Source: a virus
Length of the DNA stretch: 64,000 nt
IMG/VR virus record: IMGVR_UViG_3300030098_003955
Reading direction: 5' to 3' (one strand)
Numbering within the stretch: the first letter of the stretch is position 1; each line of letters begins with the position of its first letter. Positions 1 to 8,649 of the stretch are shown here, in pieces. The position numbers were made by a program, and so were the translations under genes. A model generated the notes under the pieces. The model worked only from the letters and a program-made list of their open reading frames with translations, had not been told where the DNA came from and did not search any database.

Positions 1-2
1 CA

Positions 3-344
3 ACAGACGAACACAACAAAGCCGTTATTAAAGGCATGAATGAAGTTGGTGGTTTAGTGGTCAATCTATCAGCCGACACAATGGAACAAGCCGATGAATA
101 TTCCGAGTTAGGCATTGCCCCTGTCACTGTCATACTACCAGAAAATGCCCCAGATATGGGAAACAAAACCCCTAATGGCTTACCTATTGTAGTATGTCCC
201 GCACAAACTCAGGAAGATATGGCTTGCAATCGCTGTAAGTTATGCCAAGTGCAAGACAGAAAATCAATCGTAGGCTTTAAGGCTCACGGGTCACGCCGGA
301 AAAAACTTTCGGCCAAGTTGCTTGACGAGTCAGTGACCGTATGA
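3..344 (+). CDS. 5'-truncated conserved phage protein with Cys-rich C-terminus (CPAQ..CxxCxxC..IVGFKAHG)
   Basis: Frame is open from the window start; Cys cluster motif of a widespread phage family. Confidence 0.6.
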   Translation, partial: TDEHNKAVIKGMNEVGGLVVNLSADTMEQADEYSELGIAPVTVILPENAPDMGNKTPNGLPIVVCPAQTQEDMACNRCKLCQVQDRKSIVGFKAHGSRRKKLSAKLLDESVTV

Positions 345-383
345 TATGCTGTACACATCAGGAATTTAATTGGAGGACATACC

Positions 384-959
384 ATGTCGAAGAAACACAC
401 CTTTGAAGACAATCAAGCGTTAGTATTTTATGCCCTTAATCTAGTTGGCTACCGTTGGCAAGATATTTGGACTCGTGAAGAGATGCAGTCTATCGCACTG
501 TTTGCCGGATGGAAAGCTATCGAGGACTACAACGCAAAAGACTACAAGCACGCATTGAGTACGCATGTAGTGAACCACGTTAAGTGGGCGTTGCTCAACG
601 AGTACAACCGTGGTGACCAAGCCAAAGTCCGAGCTATGGGACTTCACATCACAAGCGTCGAGTTCGACAACATCGACACCAAGCATACAAAACATGTGAT
701 TTACGATTCAGAGTCTAGACGTGACGACGACGAGCTAACATCAAAGCTCATTGTAGAGAATGAGAGAGTAAACGGTCGTCCAGTGTTTGACGGCCAAACA
801 ACCGCATCCGAGCTATTGCTACAACGCTACAATGGCCGGACGCTTCAAGACTTGGGTAATGAGTACGGCGTGAGTAGGGAGCGAGTCAGGCAGATAGTCG
901 CCAAAGCTGAACGTCGGCTAGAGCAAGCAATGAGACACACTAAACGGAGGTACGCATAA
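384..959 (+). CDS. sigma-70-like factor (divergent region 2, region-4 HTH)
   Basis: C-terminal RTLQDLGNEYGVSRERVRQIVAKA is a sigma region 4.2 motif; WKAIEDYN..LSTHVVNHVKWAL resembles region 2; GGAGG SD. Confidence 0.7.
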   Translation: MSKKHTFEDNQALVFYALNLVGYRWQDIWTREEMQSIALFAGWKAIEDYNAKDYKHALSTHVVNHVKWALLNEYNRGDQAKVRAMGLHITSVEFDNIDTKHTKHVIYDSESRRDDDELTSKLIVENERVNGRPVFDGQTTASELLLQRYNGRTLQDLGNEYGVSRERVRQIVAKAERRLEQAMRHTKRRYA

Positions 960-1369
960 TGAAGACCGCAACAAGGGAGAACCGAGAAATTGAAACCGAT
1001 AAACGAGTCCAAGTCTATTTTAACTTGCATCGCAAAGTATGGTCAGTCAGGCAAAATGGTTTGGTGGTTGCTCATGTCGATAGCATTGCCTTGAAAGACC
1101 CCAAGTATATCGTCGGTGCCGCAGGCAATAAGCGAGTCAGGAGCGAGAAGCGAAAGAACGTCCACGCCTACATCAGCGGCTATGTGCATGACCCGAAGAA
1201 GCTCAGCATATTCCCCGAGGACATCAAGCTGGTCACCTACAACCCGTACAAGCACGATTCGTTCGTCATTGAGGGTAGTGAGGAGCCGATCTATAGTTCC
1301 GAGTTCGTCCAGATGGACGTATTCAAGCAGAAGACGCACGTCGAAGCCTTGTGGTACTCAGTACCATAG
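959..1369 (+). CDS. conserved phage hypothetical protein
   Basis: VYFNLHRK..WSVR, RVRSEKRKNVHA, VTYNPYK motifs; TAATG coupling to upstream gene. Confidence 0.7.
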   Translation: MKTATRENREIETDKRVQVYFNLHRKVWSVRQNGLVVAHVDSIALKDPKYIVGAAGNKRVRSEKRKNVHAYISGYVHDPKKLSIFPEDIKLVTYNPYKHDSFVIEGSEEPIYSSEFVQMDVFKQKTHVEALWYSVP

Positions 1370-1571
1370 GGTAAGACGAGCGGCCTTGTGCGCCACGCTT
1401 GTATTACTACAACAAGGCCGCTTGCGGTGGGCGAGGGAGTGAGTCAGCAACCACTGACCGAGAGAAAAAAAGATTGGATTTTTCCTCAAGACCGCTATAC
1501 AGCCATGTCGATATAGAGTATATTAAGAGAGTTGCAAGTCGCAACGGTACACACTTTTTTAGGAGAATGAG

Positions 1572-2792
1572 ATGGACGGTTTAACGCCTATCGAAAACCA
1601 ACGGCGTGATGGTGACTTTGTTCACGCCACACAAACTATGGCTTCCAACGATGGATACCGTAATGTTTCAAAGTCATGGTTTGACAAGACCATTTCTTAT
1701 GACGAGGGATTCGAGTTGCTTGAGAATGATGTCGAGCAGCGCGAGGACTACCTAGTCGAAATGCGTGAGCTTCGGTTTGCCTCCGAGGATGGTAAGTTTG
1801 AAGTTGACTACAATGGCCGGAAGTTCACACCGACCGACCATGCTATCAGCCAAATGGCCGCTAACCTGTTAGACGGTCAAGGCACTGCCTTTATTCGTTA
1901 CCTGTCGAACGATTATGAAAAGGGCAACAAGAACATCACTCGTGATGGTCAGGACGCTGATGTTCTGCGACATATCCTACAGAATGGGAAACGTCGGATT
2001 GACCCGACCAAGAAAATGAAACTGCGGACGTACTCCGATGGTACTCTGCGGGCTTGGTTGTCTGACTCCTATTCTGAGGTTGATAACCGCTGGTATCTTG
2101 AGCAGGTCAAGAATATCATTCCAGTAGGTCGCCTATCTCACTGGCGAGGTGATGCCGATACGATTTGGGGTAACGTCCTCATTTCCGACACTATCCGCGA
2201 GGAGTTCGACTCCGAGTACGGTGGCATGGTATCTGTCTCAAATTGTGAGATTGGTAAACGTGCGTTGGGTTCATTGCCTAGCCTGTTCCGTGCAATCTGT
2301 ATGAATGGTTGTATCTGGGGTCAGGCATATGGCGAGAAAATCAAGGTAGTTCACCGAGGTGAAATCGACCTTGACCAACTCAAACTCAAACTGCGTGACA
2401 ATATTGAGAAGCAGATCAAGTTGATCCCTGACGGTATTGAGCGTATGTTGGGTATTCGCGCTATGGGTACGGATGGTGTTGCGATGAAGAATATCATTGC
2501 CGCCACTGCACAGAAAGAACGTATTGACCGTTCGGGTGCTTCCGCTATCCTTCAGGCTTGGGTTAAGGATGAATCCAAGATTGCTCCGGTTGAGCGTAGC
2601 TTGTTTGATGTTGTGAACAGCGTAACCCGCGCTGGTCAGACATTAACCAACCAACGCTGGGTGGACTTTGACAAATTGGGTGGTCGTATGTTAGAATACA
2701 CCGATGCCCAATGGGATTCTATCAAGACGGTTGCTAGCAACCTGACTGACAAGGATTTGAAGAAAGTCTACTCTAGCCAACTGGTCGCCTAA
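1572..2792 (+). CDS. DUF932-like phage/plasmid protein
   Basis: RAWLSDSY, VSNCEIGKRAL, LFRAICMNG, HRG motifs; AGGAG SD. Confidence 0.6.
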   Translation: MDGLTPIENQRRDGDFVHATQTMASNDGYRNVSKSWFDKTISYDEGFELLENDVEQREDYLVEMRELRFASEDGKFEVDYNGRKFTPTDHAISQMAANLLDGQGTAFIRYLSNDYEKGNKNITRDGQDADVLRHILQNGKRRIDPTKKMKLRTYSDGTLRAWLSDSYSEVDNRWYLEQVKNIIPVGRLSHWRGDADTIWGNVLISDTIREEFDSEYGGMVSVSNCEIGKRALGSLPSLFRAICMNGCIWGQAYGEKIKVVHRGEIDLDQLKLKLRDNIEKQIKLIPDGIERMLGIRAMGTDGVAMKNIIAATAQKERIDRSGASAILQAWVKDESKIAPVERSLFDVVNSVTRAGQTLTNQRWVDFDKLGGRMLEYTDAQWDSIKTVASNLTDKDLKKVYSSQLVA

Positions 2793-2923
2793 TGGAATGT
2801 ATTTACAGCCTGCTAAGCCTGTCAGTGCTGTTATTGTTCGTGAGCGGATTCCTCAAGGAGTTGGGTAAAATCAACTCTGAGGAGTCCACCTCACGGACAC
2901 TCCGGCGAAAGCGTTGGGGCTAG
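2792..2923 (+). CDS. small (43 aa) hydrophobic peptide with basic tail
   Basis: TAATG-coupled ORF MECIYSLLSLSVLLLFVSGFLKELG...RRKRWG; below ORF-track cutoff. Confidence 0.35.
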   Translation: MECIYSLLSLSVLLLFVSGFLKELGKINSEESTSRTLRRKRWG

Positions 2924-2930
2924 TACTGAG

Positions 2931-2957
2931 AAAGCCGTCCGAAAGGGCGGCTTTTTT
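2931..2957 (+). terminator. intrinsic terminator
   Basis: AAAGCCGTCC-GAAA-GGGCGGCTTT hairpin followed by a T-run. Confidence 0.85.
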
Positions 2958-3104
2958 CATGGAATAAGCCGAATAGGGGTTGACAAAGCGTAAGGTTCGC
3001 GTAGAACGGGCTGCGTATGCTTTGTCTCCGCCAAATCACGCAGCTCCGAGCAGGATGTCAAGTGACCGAGTGAAAGTTTAATGGGGAATTAGCGGCCTAT
3101 TTAC

Positions 3105-3126
3105 TTGACAGGATTTTTATAATGAG
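3105..3126 (+). promoter_or_regulatory. TTGACA-N7-TATA(A/C)TGA motif, copy 1
   Basis: ttgaca ggatttt tataatga; same spacing at 4921, 5334, 22054. Confidence 0.5.
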
Positions 3127-3130
3127 TATA

Positions 3131-4570
3131 CGGGAACACGGTGGAGATGGGTATCAGGGTCTGCTTGGTTCCGGCAGTACACTCTGGGTATCACACGAGT
3201 CGTTGGCCGTATTGTAGAGAATAAGCATGTTCGTCTGGGTTTCATTTAATAACGGCTTATTATGTGTATTGAGGCAGCAGGTCGTATTCGGGTTTCACTA
3301 TCTCGTTGGCTGCGAGTAGGTATAGGTAAGACGGAGCGCCGACTAGCAACGATGTCCGAGTGAGTTAGTGAGTTAGCAAACTGACCTTGGGTAGCATTTA
3401 TAACGTGGCTAATCACTAATTCTTTGTAATAAGCAAGACTTTATGGGCGTCACGCATTTTACGGCTTTTATCTTGCGTTTAAGGCACCGACATGCTGGGT
3501 ATCAGGGGTTCGATGGCCTATTGTGTAAGTTAAGGCAGCGTATTCATGGGTCTCATTTCACATATGGCCTATTATGTACGATTAGGTAATCCGAGCTACT
3601 GGCTAGCATTTGCCGCTAGTGAGTCAGTGAGTTATTAAAATAAAGGCAACAGGGGTCTGGTTATCATTCGAGTCTCTGGCCTGTTATGTATTGGGAGGGC
3701 AGTACAAATCTGGGTAACACCGCATTGATGGCCTTTGGGTATTAGGGACAGGCAAGCTTGGCTCGGGTGTCATCTTTAAGGCGGCCTGTTGTGTATTGGG
3801 AGGGCACGGAAAAGGTGGATAGCATTTAATAAATGGCCTCTCCTATTAAGAGCAATTACAGGACGGATAACAATCTGTAAGTGGCTCTCTTATTGTATGT
3901 AATAAAGACAGCAGTTAAACCCGGTTTACATTCGCAGTCGGCTGTCTTGTTGTATTGGTAGGCAGATGATGTATGGGTATCACATTACGGACGGCCTATG
4001 CTGTATTGTGAGCTGCATTTGTATGCCGGTCTTCATTTGCCAAGTGGCAACTCATTGTATGTAAAGCACATCGTCAAGCAGATCGACGGGTATCATCACC
4101 TCTGAGGACGATGCGCTTATTGTATGTAATAAGCATAGAGTGTCTGGGTAGCAACGACTTGATGGCTCATTAATTGTATGTGATAAGCATAATGATCTGG
4201 GTTCCATACACGATGGCGGCTTATCGTATGTATTAAGCGGGGCACGTTTACATCGGTACACACATGTAGCATGACCCCGCAAGGTTAATGGTAAGCGTTA
4301 AAAACGGTTAGTTGTACTCCAGATTTCAGTGCTTACACCAACCTAAGTTTATTTATTGACCAGCACGTTCTAGTTGGATTTCACTGAATCTACGGCTGGT
4401 TCTTGTTGTTTCGATCAGGCACTTTCCGATGGGTTCCAAATGTGAGCGGCCTATACATCGTTATAAAGCTGGTAAGTACAAAGTGCAATACCCTAAATGA
4501 AGTTTTTTTATATTATCATAAGATGAATCAGAATTCTCTGGGCTTCACTATGATGTGGACTCATCTTATG
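3131..4570 (-). ncRNA. TIGR-like stem-loop guide-RNA array, about 23 dual-spacer units
   Basis: Repeating + strand grammar stem-GCA-N8-10-YGGGTATCA-like-N8-10-YGGC-stem', i.e. - strand GCCR-spacerA-TGATACCCR-spacerB-TGC; each unit is closed by its own variable stem; A-C mismatches on + become G-U pairs on -. Confidence 0.88.
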
Positions 4571-4920
4571 GAATAAGCATTGTACAAGTGATTGGCTTTT
4601 GTTTACTACACTCAATAACATCAACTCCCTAATCCCCTTATTATAATATCACTGAGTTAAGACAAGATATTAGACGCTCGCGTCTGTCTCCCTGCCGCCC
4701 AGCCCAGCCTAGCATAGAATTTATTGCCGCACAAGCACTAAAAACAAAAAATGTGCTGAATATTTCTGCCCATTACATAGCATATGGATCAATACGAATC
4801 GTACTTACACGGCTTTTGGGTCGTAATCCCACTTATTTACAGCAATAACGCAGTGTTTTGGGCGTATATTCCGAGAATTGTGTACGCACCACTTTCATTT
4901 TCAGATAGATAAATAACCTA

Positions 4921-4942
4921 TTGACACGCTTTATATACTGAT
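4921..4942 (+). promoter_or_regulatory. TTGACA-N7-TATACTGAT motif, copy 2
   Basis: Intergenic, upstream of ORF 4976. Confidence 0.55.
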
Positions 4943-4975
4943 GGTGTCTGTATATGGTTTATATATAGATGTTTA

Positions 4976-5329
4976 TTGTATGTATTTGTACATATGGATT
5001 TATTGATTGCTTATATTGGGAGATGTGTTTTGAATACTCCAAGTAGTATGATTGACAAGAAAAAGATAGAAACCGAGAGAAAAACGTATAATTGTTACCT
5101 TTTCTATAATCACATGGATCATCACTACATAATTGAGGTTTTTGACAACACATGGGTGGATGAAAACACGCAATTAGACGATCTTATTAGTGTGGATAGG
5201 TATCCCAGTAATGCCAGTGAGGAAGCAGCGAGTGTCTTTGAATGTATGGAAAGGTACTTGATGGAGCAGACTCCAGAGGTTACAGATGAGGATATGGATA
5301 CAGAAGATATGGACTGGTTGGAAGACTAG
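4976..5329 (+). CDS. hypothetical protein, acidic C-terminus (true start may be ATG 5048)
   Basis: ORF track. Confidence 0.5.
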   Translation: MYVFVHMDLLIAYIGRCVLNTPSSMIDKKKIETERKTYNCYLFYNHMDHHYIIEVFDNTWVDENTQLDDLISVDRYPSNASEEAASVFECMERYLMEQTPEVTDEDMDTEDMDWLED

Positions 5330-5333
5330 GGTC

Positions 5334-5355
5334 TTGACAAGGTTTGTATACTGAT
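5334..5355 (+). promoter_or_regulatory. TTGACA-N7-TATACTGAT motif, copy 3
   Basis: Intergenic, upstream of glycosylase-like gene. Confidence 0.55.
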
Positions 5356-5409
5356 ATGACGACTGCCATATAAAAATTGAAGCCCAGTACCCCTATGCAG
5401 GAGAATCAG

Positions 5410-5910
5410 TTGAATATCTTTGTTTTAGACAATGACCCGAAAGTCGCAGCACAGTTACATGCGGATAAGCATGTAGTCAAGATGGTATTGGAACTCTATC
5501 AACAGATGGGTTCAGCAATGCGGAGACATGGTGCGACAGATAAAGACATGCCGTTGACGGCCAAAGGCACGCCTCTCAAAGGCGGGTATCATAATCACCC
5601 ATGTACAAGATGGGTGGGTGATACTAGAGCAAACTTTGAATGGGCAGCGGAACACGCTATTGCCCTATGTGAGGAATACACATACAGGTACGGGAAAACA
5701 CATTCCTGTGAAGACGGGATAAGATATATGGCAAGGTGCCATTGGATTATTCCAGAGGGTGAACTAACACCATTTGCTCAGGCTATGCCAGATGAGTGCA
5801 AAATGGAAGATGCCGTGTTTGCCTACCGTAATTACTACAATAAAGGGAAGGCACATCTACACAGTTGGAAGAAAAGACCAGTGCCTTTATGGATATGCAA
5901 TGCCGAATAA
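5410..5910 (+). CDS. pyrimidine-dimer DNA glycosylase / endonuclease V-related protein
   Basis: (M)NIFVLD..AAQ.H.DKHVVKM..E, NHPCTRW, EYTYRYGKTH, FAQAMPD, AYRNYY motifs; AGGAG before TTG 5410. Confidence 0.7.
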   Translation: MNIFVLDNDPKVAAQLHADKHVVKMVLELYQQMGSAMRRHGATDKDMPLTAKGTPLKGGYHNHPCTRWVGDTRANFEWAAEHAIALCEEYTYRYGKTHSCEDGIRYMARCHWIIPEGELTPFAQAMPDECKMEDAVFAYRNYYNKGKAHLHSWKKRPVPLWICNAE

Positions 5911-6235
5911 GATTTGCCCAGATTGTACTAAGTCAGTACATGTAAGAGTTCGCCAATGTGAATGTGGCTTTGTTTTTCCCAAAAAGGAGAAAAAGAAGTC
6001 AAGGCGGGAGATTAATCCTGCCGATGCACAATATACCTTCAATGGATGGAAGAAAGTACCTGCACGAACTAGGAAAGCTAAGTGTGGTACTTGTAGTCGT
6101 AAGATGAAGGGCGGGATGCTAGGATGGCACTCGTCTTACGACGATGGTGAAAAGTATTGGTGGTGTGAGAACTGCTTAAAGGAATTCAAGGATGAAGAGT
6201 ATAATAAACTTAGCGAAAAATGTGGACAGGCTTAA
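5900..6235 (+). CDS. zinc-finger protein
   Basis: CPDC, CEC, CGTC, CENC. Confidence 0.55.
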   Translation: MPNKICPDCTKSVHVRVRQCECGFVFPKKEKKKSRREINPADAQYTFNGWKKVPARTRKAKCGTCSRKMKGGMLGWHSSYDDGEKYWWCENCLKEFKDEEYNKLSEKCGQA

Positions 6236-6272
6236 CAAGAGACTTGTTTATTTTATTATTGGAGAACGCAAC

Positions 6273-6446
6273 ATGGCTAGTTTCTGTTATGAATGTACTG
6301 CTAAGCTATTCGGCGAAGAAAAAGCAGAGAATAACGATCTGGCCGGTATTGTCAGGCATGACGAGAAATATTACACACTATGCGAAGGCTGTGGATGGAT
6401 TACTGTAGATAAGCACGGTAAAAAGGTAGAGGAAGAAGAATCCTAA
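6273..6446 (+). CDS. small Zn-ribbon protein
   Basis: FCYEC...LCEGCG; GGAG SD. Confidence 0.6.
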   Translation: MASFCYECTAKLFGEEKAENNDLAGIVRHDEKYYTLCEGCGWITVDKHGKKVEEEES

Positions 6447-6465
6447 AGTTTTTTTATTTAGGTAC

Positions 6466-6494
6466 TTGCAAAAACCTTTTCCCAATCTTATAAA
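6466..6494 (+). promoter_or_regulatory. sigma70-like promoter TTGCAA-N17-TATAAA
   Basis: Near-duplicate context at 9572-9600 (TATTTAGG..TTGCAAA..AATCTTATAA..ATGTATA). Confidence 0.65.
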
Positions 6495-6525
6495 GATGTA
6501 TACACAACACACAAAGGAGATTTAA

Positions 6526-8646
6526 GTGAAGTTACACAACGAAAACAACGACGTAGTACGCTCATCACAGTTTGAGCAATCAGATTTTACCATTGAGTCA
6601 TCCGCTAAGGCATTTCAGATATTGTCCAGTGGCTTGTACTCAGACAAGATTCTGGCAGTCATTCGTGAGTTATCTACAAATGCTTACGATTCACATGTGG
6701 ACATTGCCAATGAGGCTAAGCCATTTGAAGTCCACATGCCCACCAAGTTGGATACAAAGTTTTCAATACGGGACTTTGGCACTGGGCTTTCTCATGACGA
6801 CTGTATGAACTTGTACACCACATACTTTGGTAGTACCAAGACAGATAGCAATGAGGTTGTTGGTTGTCTGGGTCTAGGTAGTAAGTCACCATTCGCATAC
6901 ACAGATGCCTTCAATGTTTCTTCATTCCACAATGGCAAGCTCCGTGTTTACACAGCATACAAGAATGAGGACAATACACCAGCATTTGCATTAATCAGTG
7001 AGTCAGATACTGATGAGCCAAATGGTATGCTTATTACCCTAAACGTAGAGAGTCAGGATGTTGGTGAGTTCAAGGAAAAAGCTGAGAAGGTTTACAAATA
7101 CTTCAAGGTCAAGCCAATATTCAATATCGACATGGACATTGAGCAGGACTCATATGCTGTTGTAGGTAGCTCTTGGGGTGTTCCTACTGTAAACAGAGTT
7201 AATAGGATCTCTCGTAGGAGAGAACCAGTAGCTGTAATGGGTCAGTTGTCCTATCCTATTAATTCAGAGCATTTTGATGGCAAGTACGAAGACATGCTAT
7301 GTTCAGATATAGTCTTGCACTTTGACATCGGTGAGTTAGCTATGGATGCTAGTCGTGAGAAGCTAGAGTACACCAAGCAAACCAAGCAGGCTATTCAGCA
7401 ATCTCTGGATTTCGTGAAAGAAGAATTGCATGAACAGCTAGATACAATGTTTGACCATTGTGATTCTCTATACGAAGCCAGAGTAAAGTTTCATCGTATG
7501 AAGGGTGGCTCTAATTTCTACCATAACTTTGGTATTCAAGATTCAACGCCGAAGTGGAAAGGGCAAGACCTTTTTGAAGATGGGTTCCAGTCGCTAGAAG
7601 TAGTTCAAGGAAGTATGGTGGTAGACCTATTCCGTAAGGACAGATGGGCGCGTGGGATTAGTCGAACCGGAACATCAAGAATAAACTTTGACCCTCAACG
7701 AGATACACAAATTGTATACGATGACCTGAAGCGTGGAGGGGTTGGTAGAACCAAGAACTTCTTTGCTAGCAATGTGCCAGAAGACAGGTATCAAGATTCT
7801 CGTTTTGCGACATATCTATTTCGATCATGTGAGTTACAGGAAGTCATTGATTTTCTAGGATGTAATCCAGAGGATATAATCCTTACTTCGAGCCTACCCA
7901 AAGTGGCATCGGCGAGTGGAAGCTCTGTATCAGGCTCCTCCAGAACGAACACTTGCTACTGGGAAAAGAGCGATTGGGTTGATACCTCTGTAGATATGTC
8001 TCAAGGTGGTTATTACGTTGAGATAAACAGATACGAAGTTTGCAGTGATCGTGGAGGCCAGATGGGTTTTCACAACAATGTCGATAAGTTGTTGGATGCA
8101 CTTAAAGAAGTAGGATTTGAGTTACCAGAAGGACAAAAAGTCTACGGTTTCAAAACTTCTAAACTGAAGCAGAAGAGATTCAACAAGGATGGTAACTGGA
8201 CAAATCTAGTTGACATCATCAAGGATGTTGTCGAGTCATGCGAGTGGTATCAAGAGTCATACGCATTTTCAAAAGCTGTTAGCAACATGGGAGGATATGC
8301 TAATGCCTCTGAGTTTGCAAGCCTGATTAAACTTGCTCAACAATCAGATGTTCCTCAAGATTATCAGAAGTTTGCTGATGAGATACTGACAGCACAACCA
8401 GAGGACAAGATACGAGCCATCAGGGTCTTACAATCATTTGCCAAAAAATGGGCAATGACTTTAGATCACGATGACGATATAGAGCTTTACTTTGAATGGA
8501 TCAAAGACCAGAAAGACTCTTTGATTGAGAAGTACCCACTTCTTGATTGTGTGACATTCCCAAGAGATTTTTGGGAAAAAGAAGAGAGACAGGCAAGGTA
8601 TGATTCCATTGCAGAATACTTACGACTTATAGACAGTAGCAAATAG
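6526..8646 (+). CDS. rIIA: rIIA-like protein (N-terminal GHKL/HSP90-like ATPase)
   Basis: LSSGLYSDK..IRELSTNAYDSH, RDFGTG, STK..SN..GCLGLGSKSPFAY motifs; adjacent rIIB. Confidence 0.85.
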   Translation: MKLHNENNDVVRSSQFEQSDFTIESSAKAFQILSSGLYSDKILAVIRELSTNAYDSHVDIANEAKPFEVHMPTKLDTKFSIRDFGTGLSHDDCMNLYTTYFGSTKTDSNEVVGCLGLGSKSPFAYTDAFNVSSFHNGKLRVYTAYKNEDNTPAFALISESDTDEPNGMLITLNVESQDVGEFKEKAEKVYKYFKVKPIFNIDMDIEQDSYAVVGSSWGVPTVNRVNRISRRREPVAVMGQLSYPINSEHFDGKYEDMLCSDIVLHFDIGELAMDASREKLEYTKQTKQAIQQSLDFVKEELHEQLDTMFDHCDSLYEARVKFHRMKGGSNFYHNFGIQDSTPKWKGQDLFEDGFQSLEVVQGSMVVDLFRKDRWARGISRTGTSRINFDPQRDTQIVYDDLKRGGVGRTKNFFASNVPEDRYQDSRFATYLFRSCELQEVIDFLGCNPEDIILTSSLPKVASASGSSVSGSSRTNTCYWEKSDWVDTSVDMSQGGYYVEINRYEVCSDRGGQMGFHNNVDKLLDALKEVGFELPEGQKVYGFKTSKLKQKRFNKDGNWTNLVDIIKDVVESCEWYQESYAFSKAVSNMGGYANASEFASLIKLAQQSDVPQDYQKFADEILTAQPEDKIRAIRVLQSFAKKWAMTLDHDDDIELYFEWIKDQKDSLIEKYPLLDCVTFPRDFWEKEERQARYDSIAEYLRLIDSSK

Positions 8647-8649
8647 GAG

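Noticed and set aside
4052-4282. 76-aa minus-strand ORF
   Set aside because: Runs through guide units; a by-product of the repeat structure
3131-4570. CRISPR array
   Set aside because: No constant 25-40 bp direct repeat; variable segments are only 8-10 nt and come in pairs; no cas1/cas2 in the window
4640-4665. Minus-strand sigma70 promoter for the array (TTGTCT...TATAAT)
   Set aside because: Spacing is only 14 nt
4736-4744. Match to spacer CACTAAAAA of the 21702 unit (possible self-target)
   Set aside because: The partner spacer (CTCGAATAG or its reverse complement) is not adjacent; a 9-nt AT-rich match is expected by chance. A full self-target search could not be done by eye
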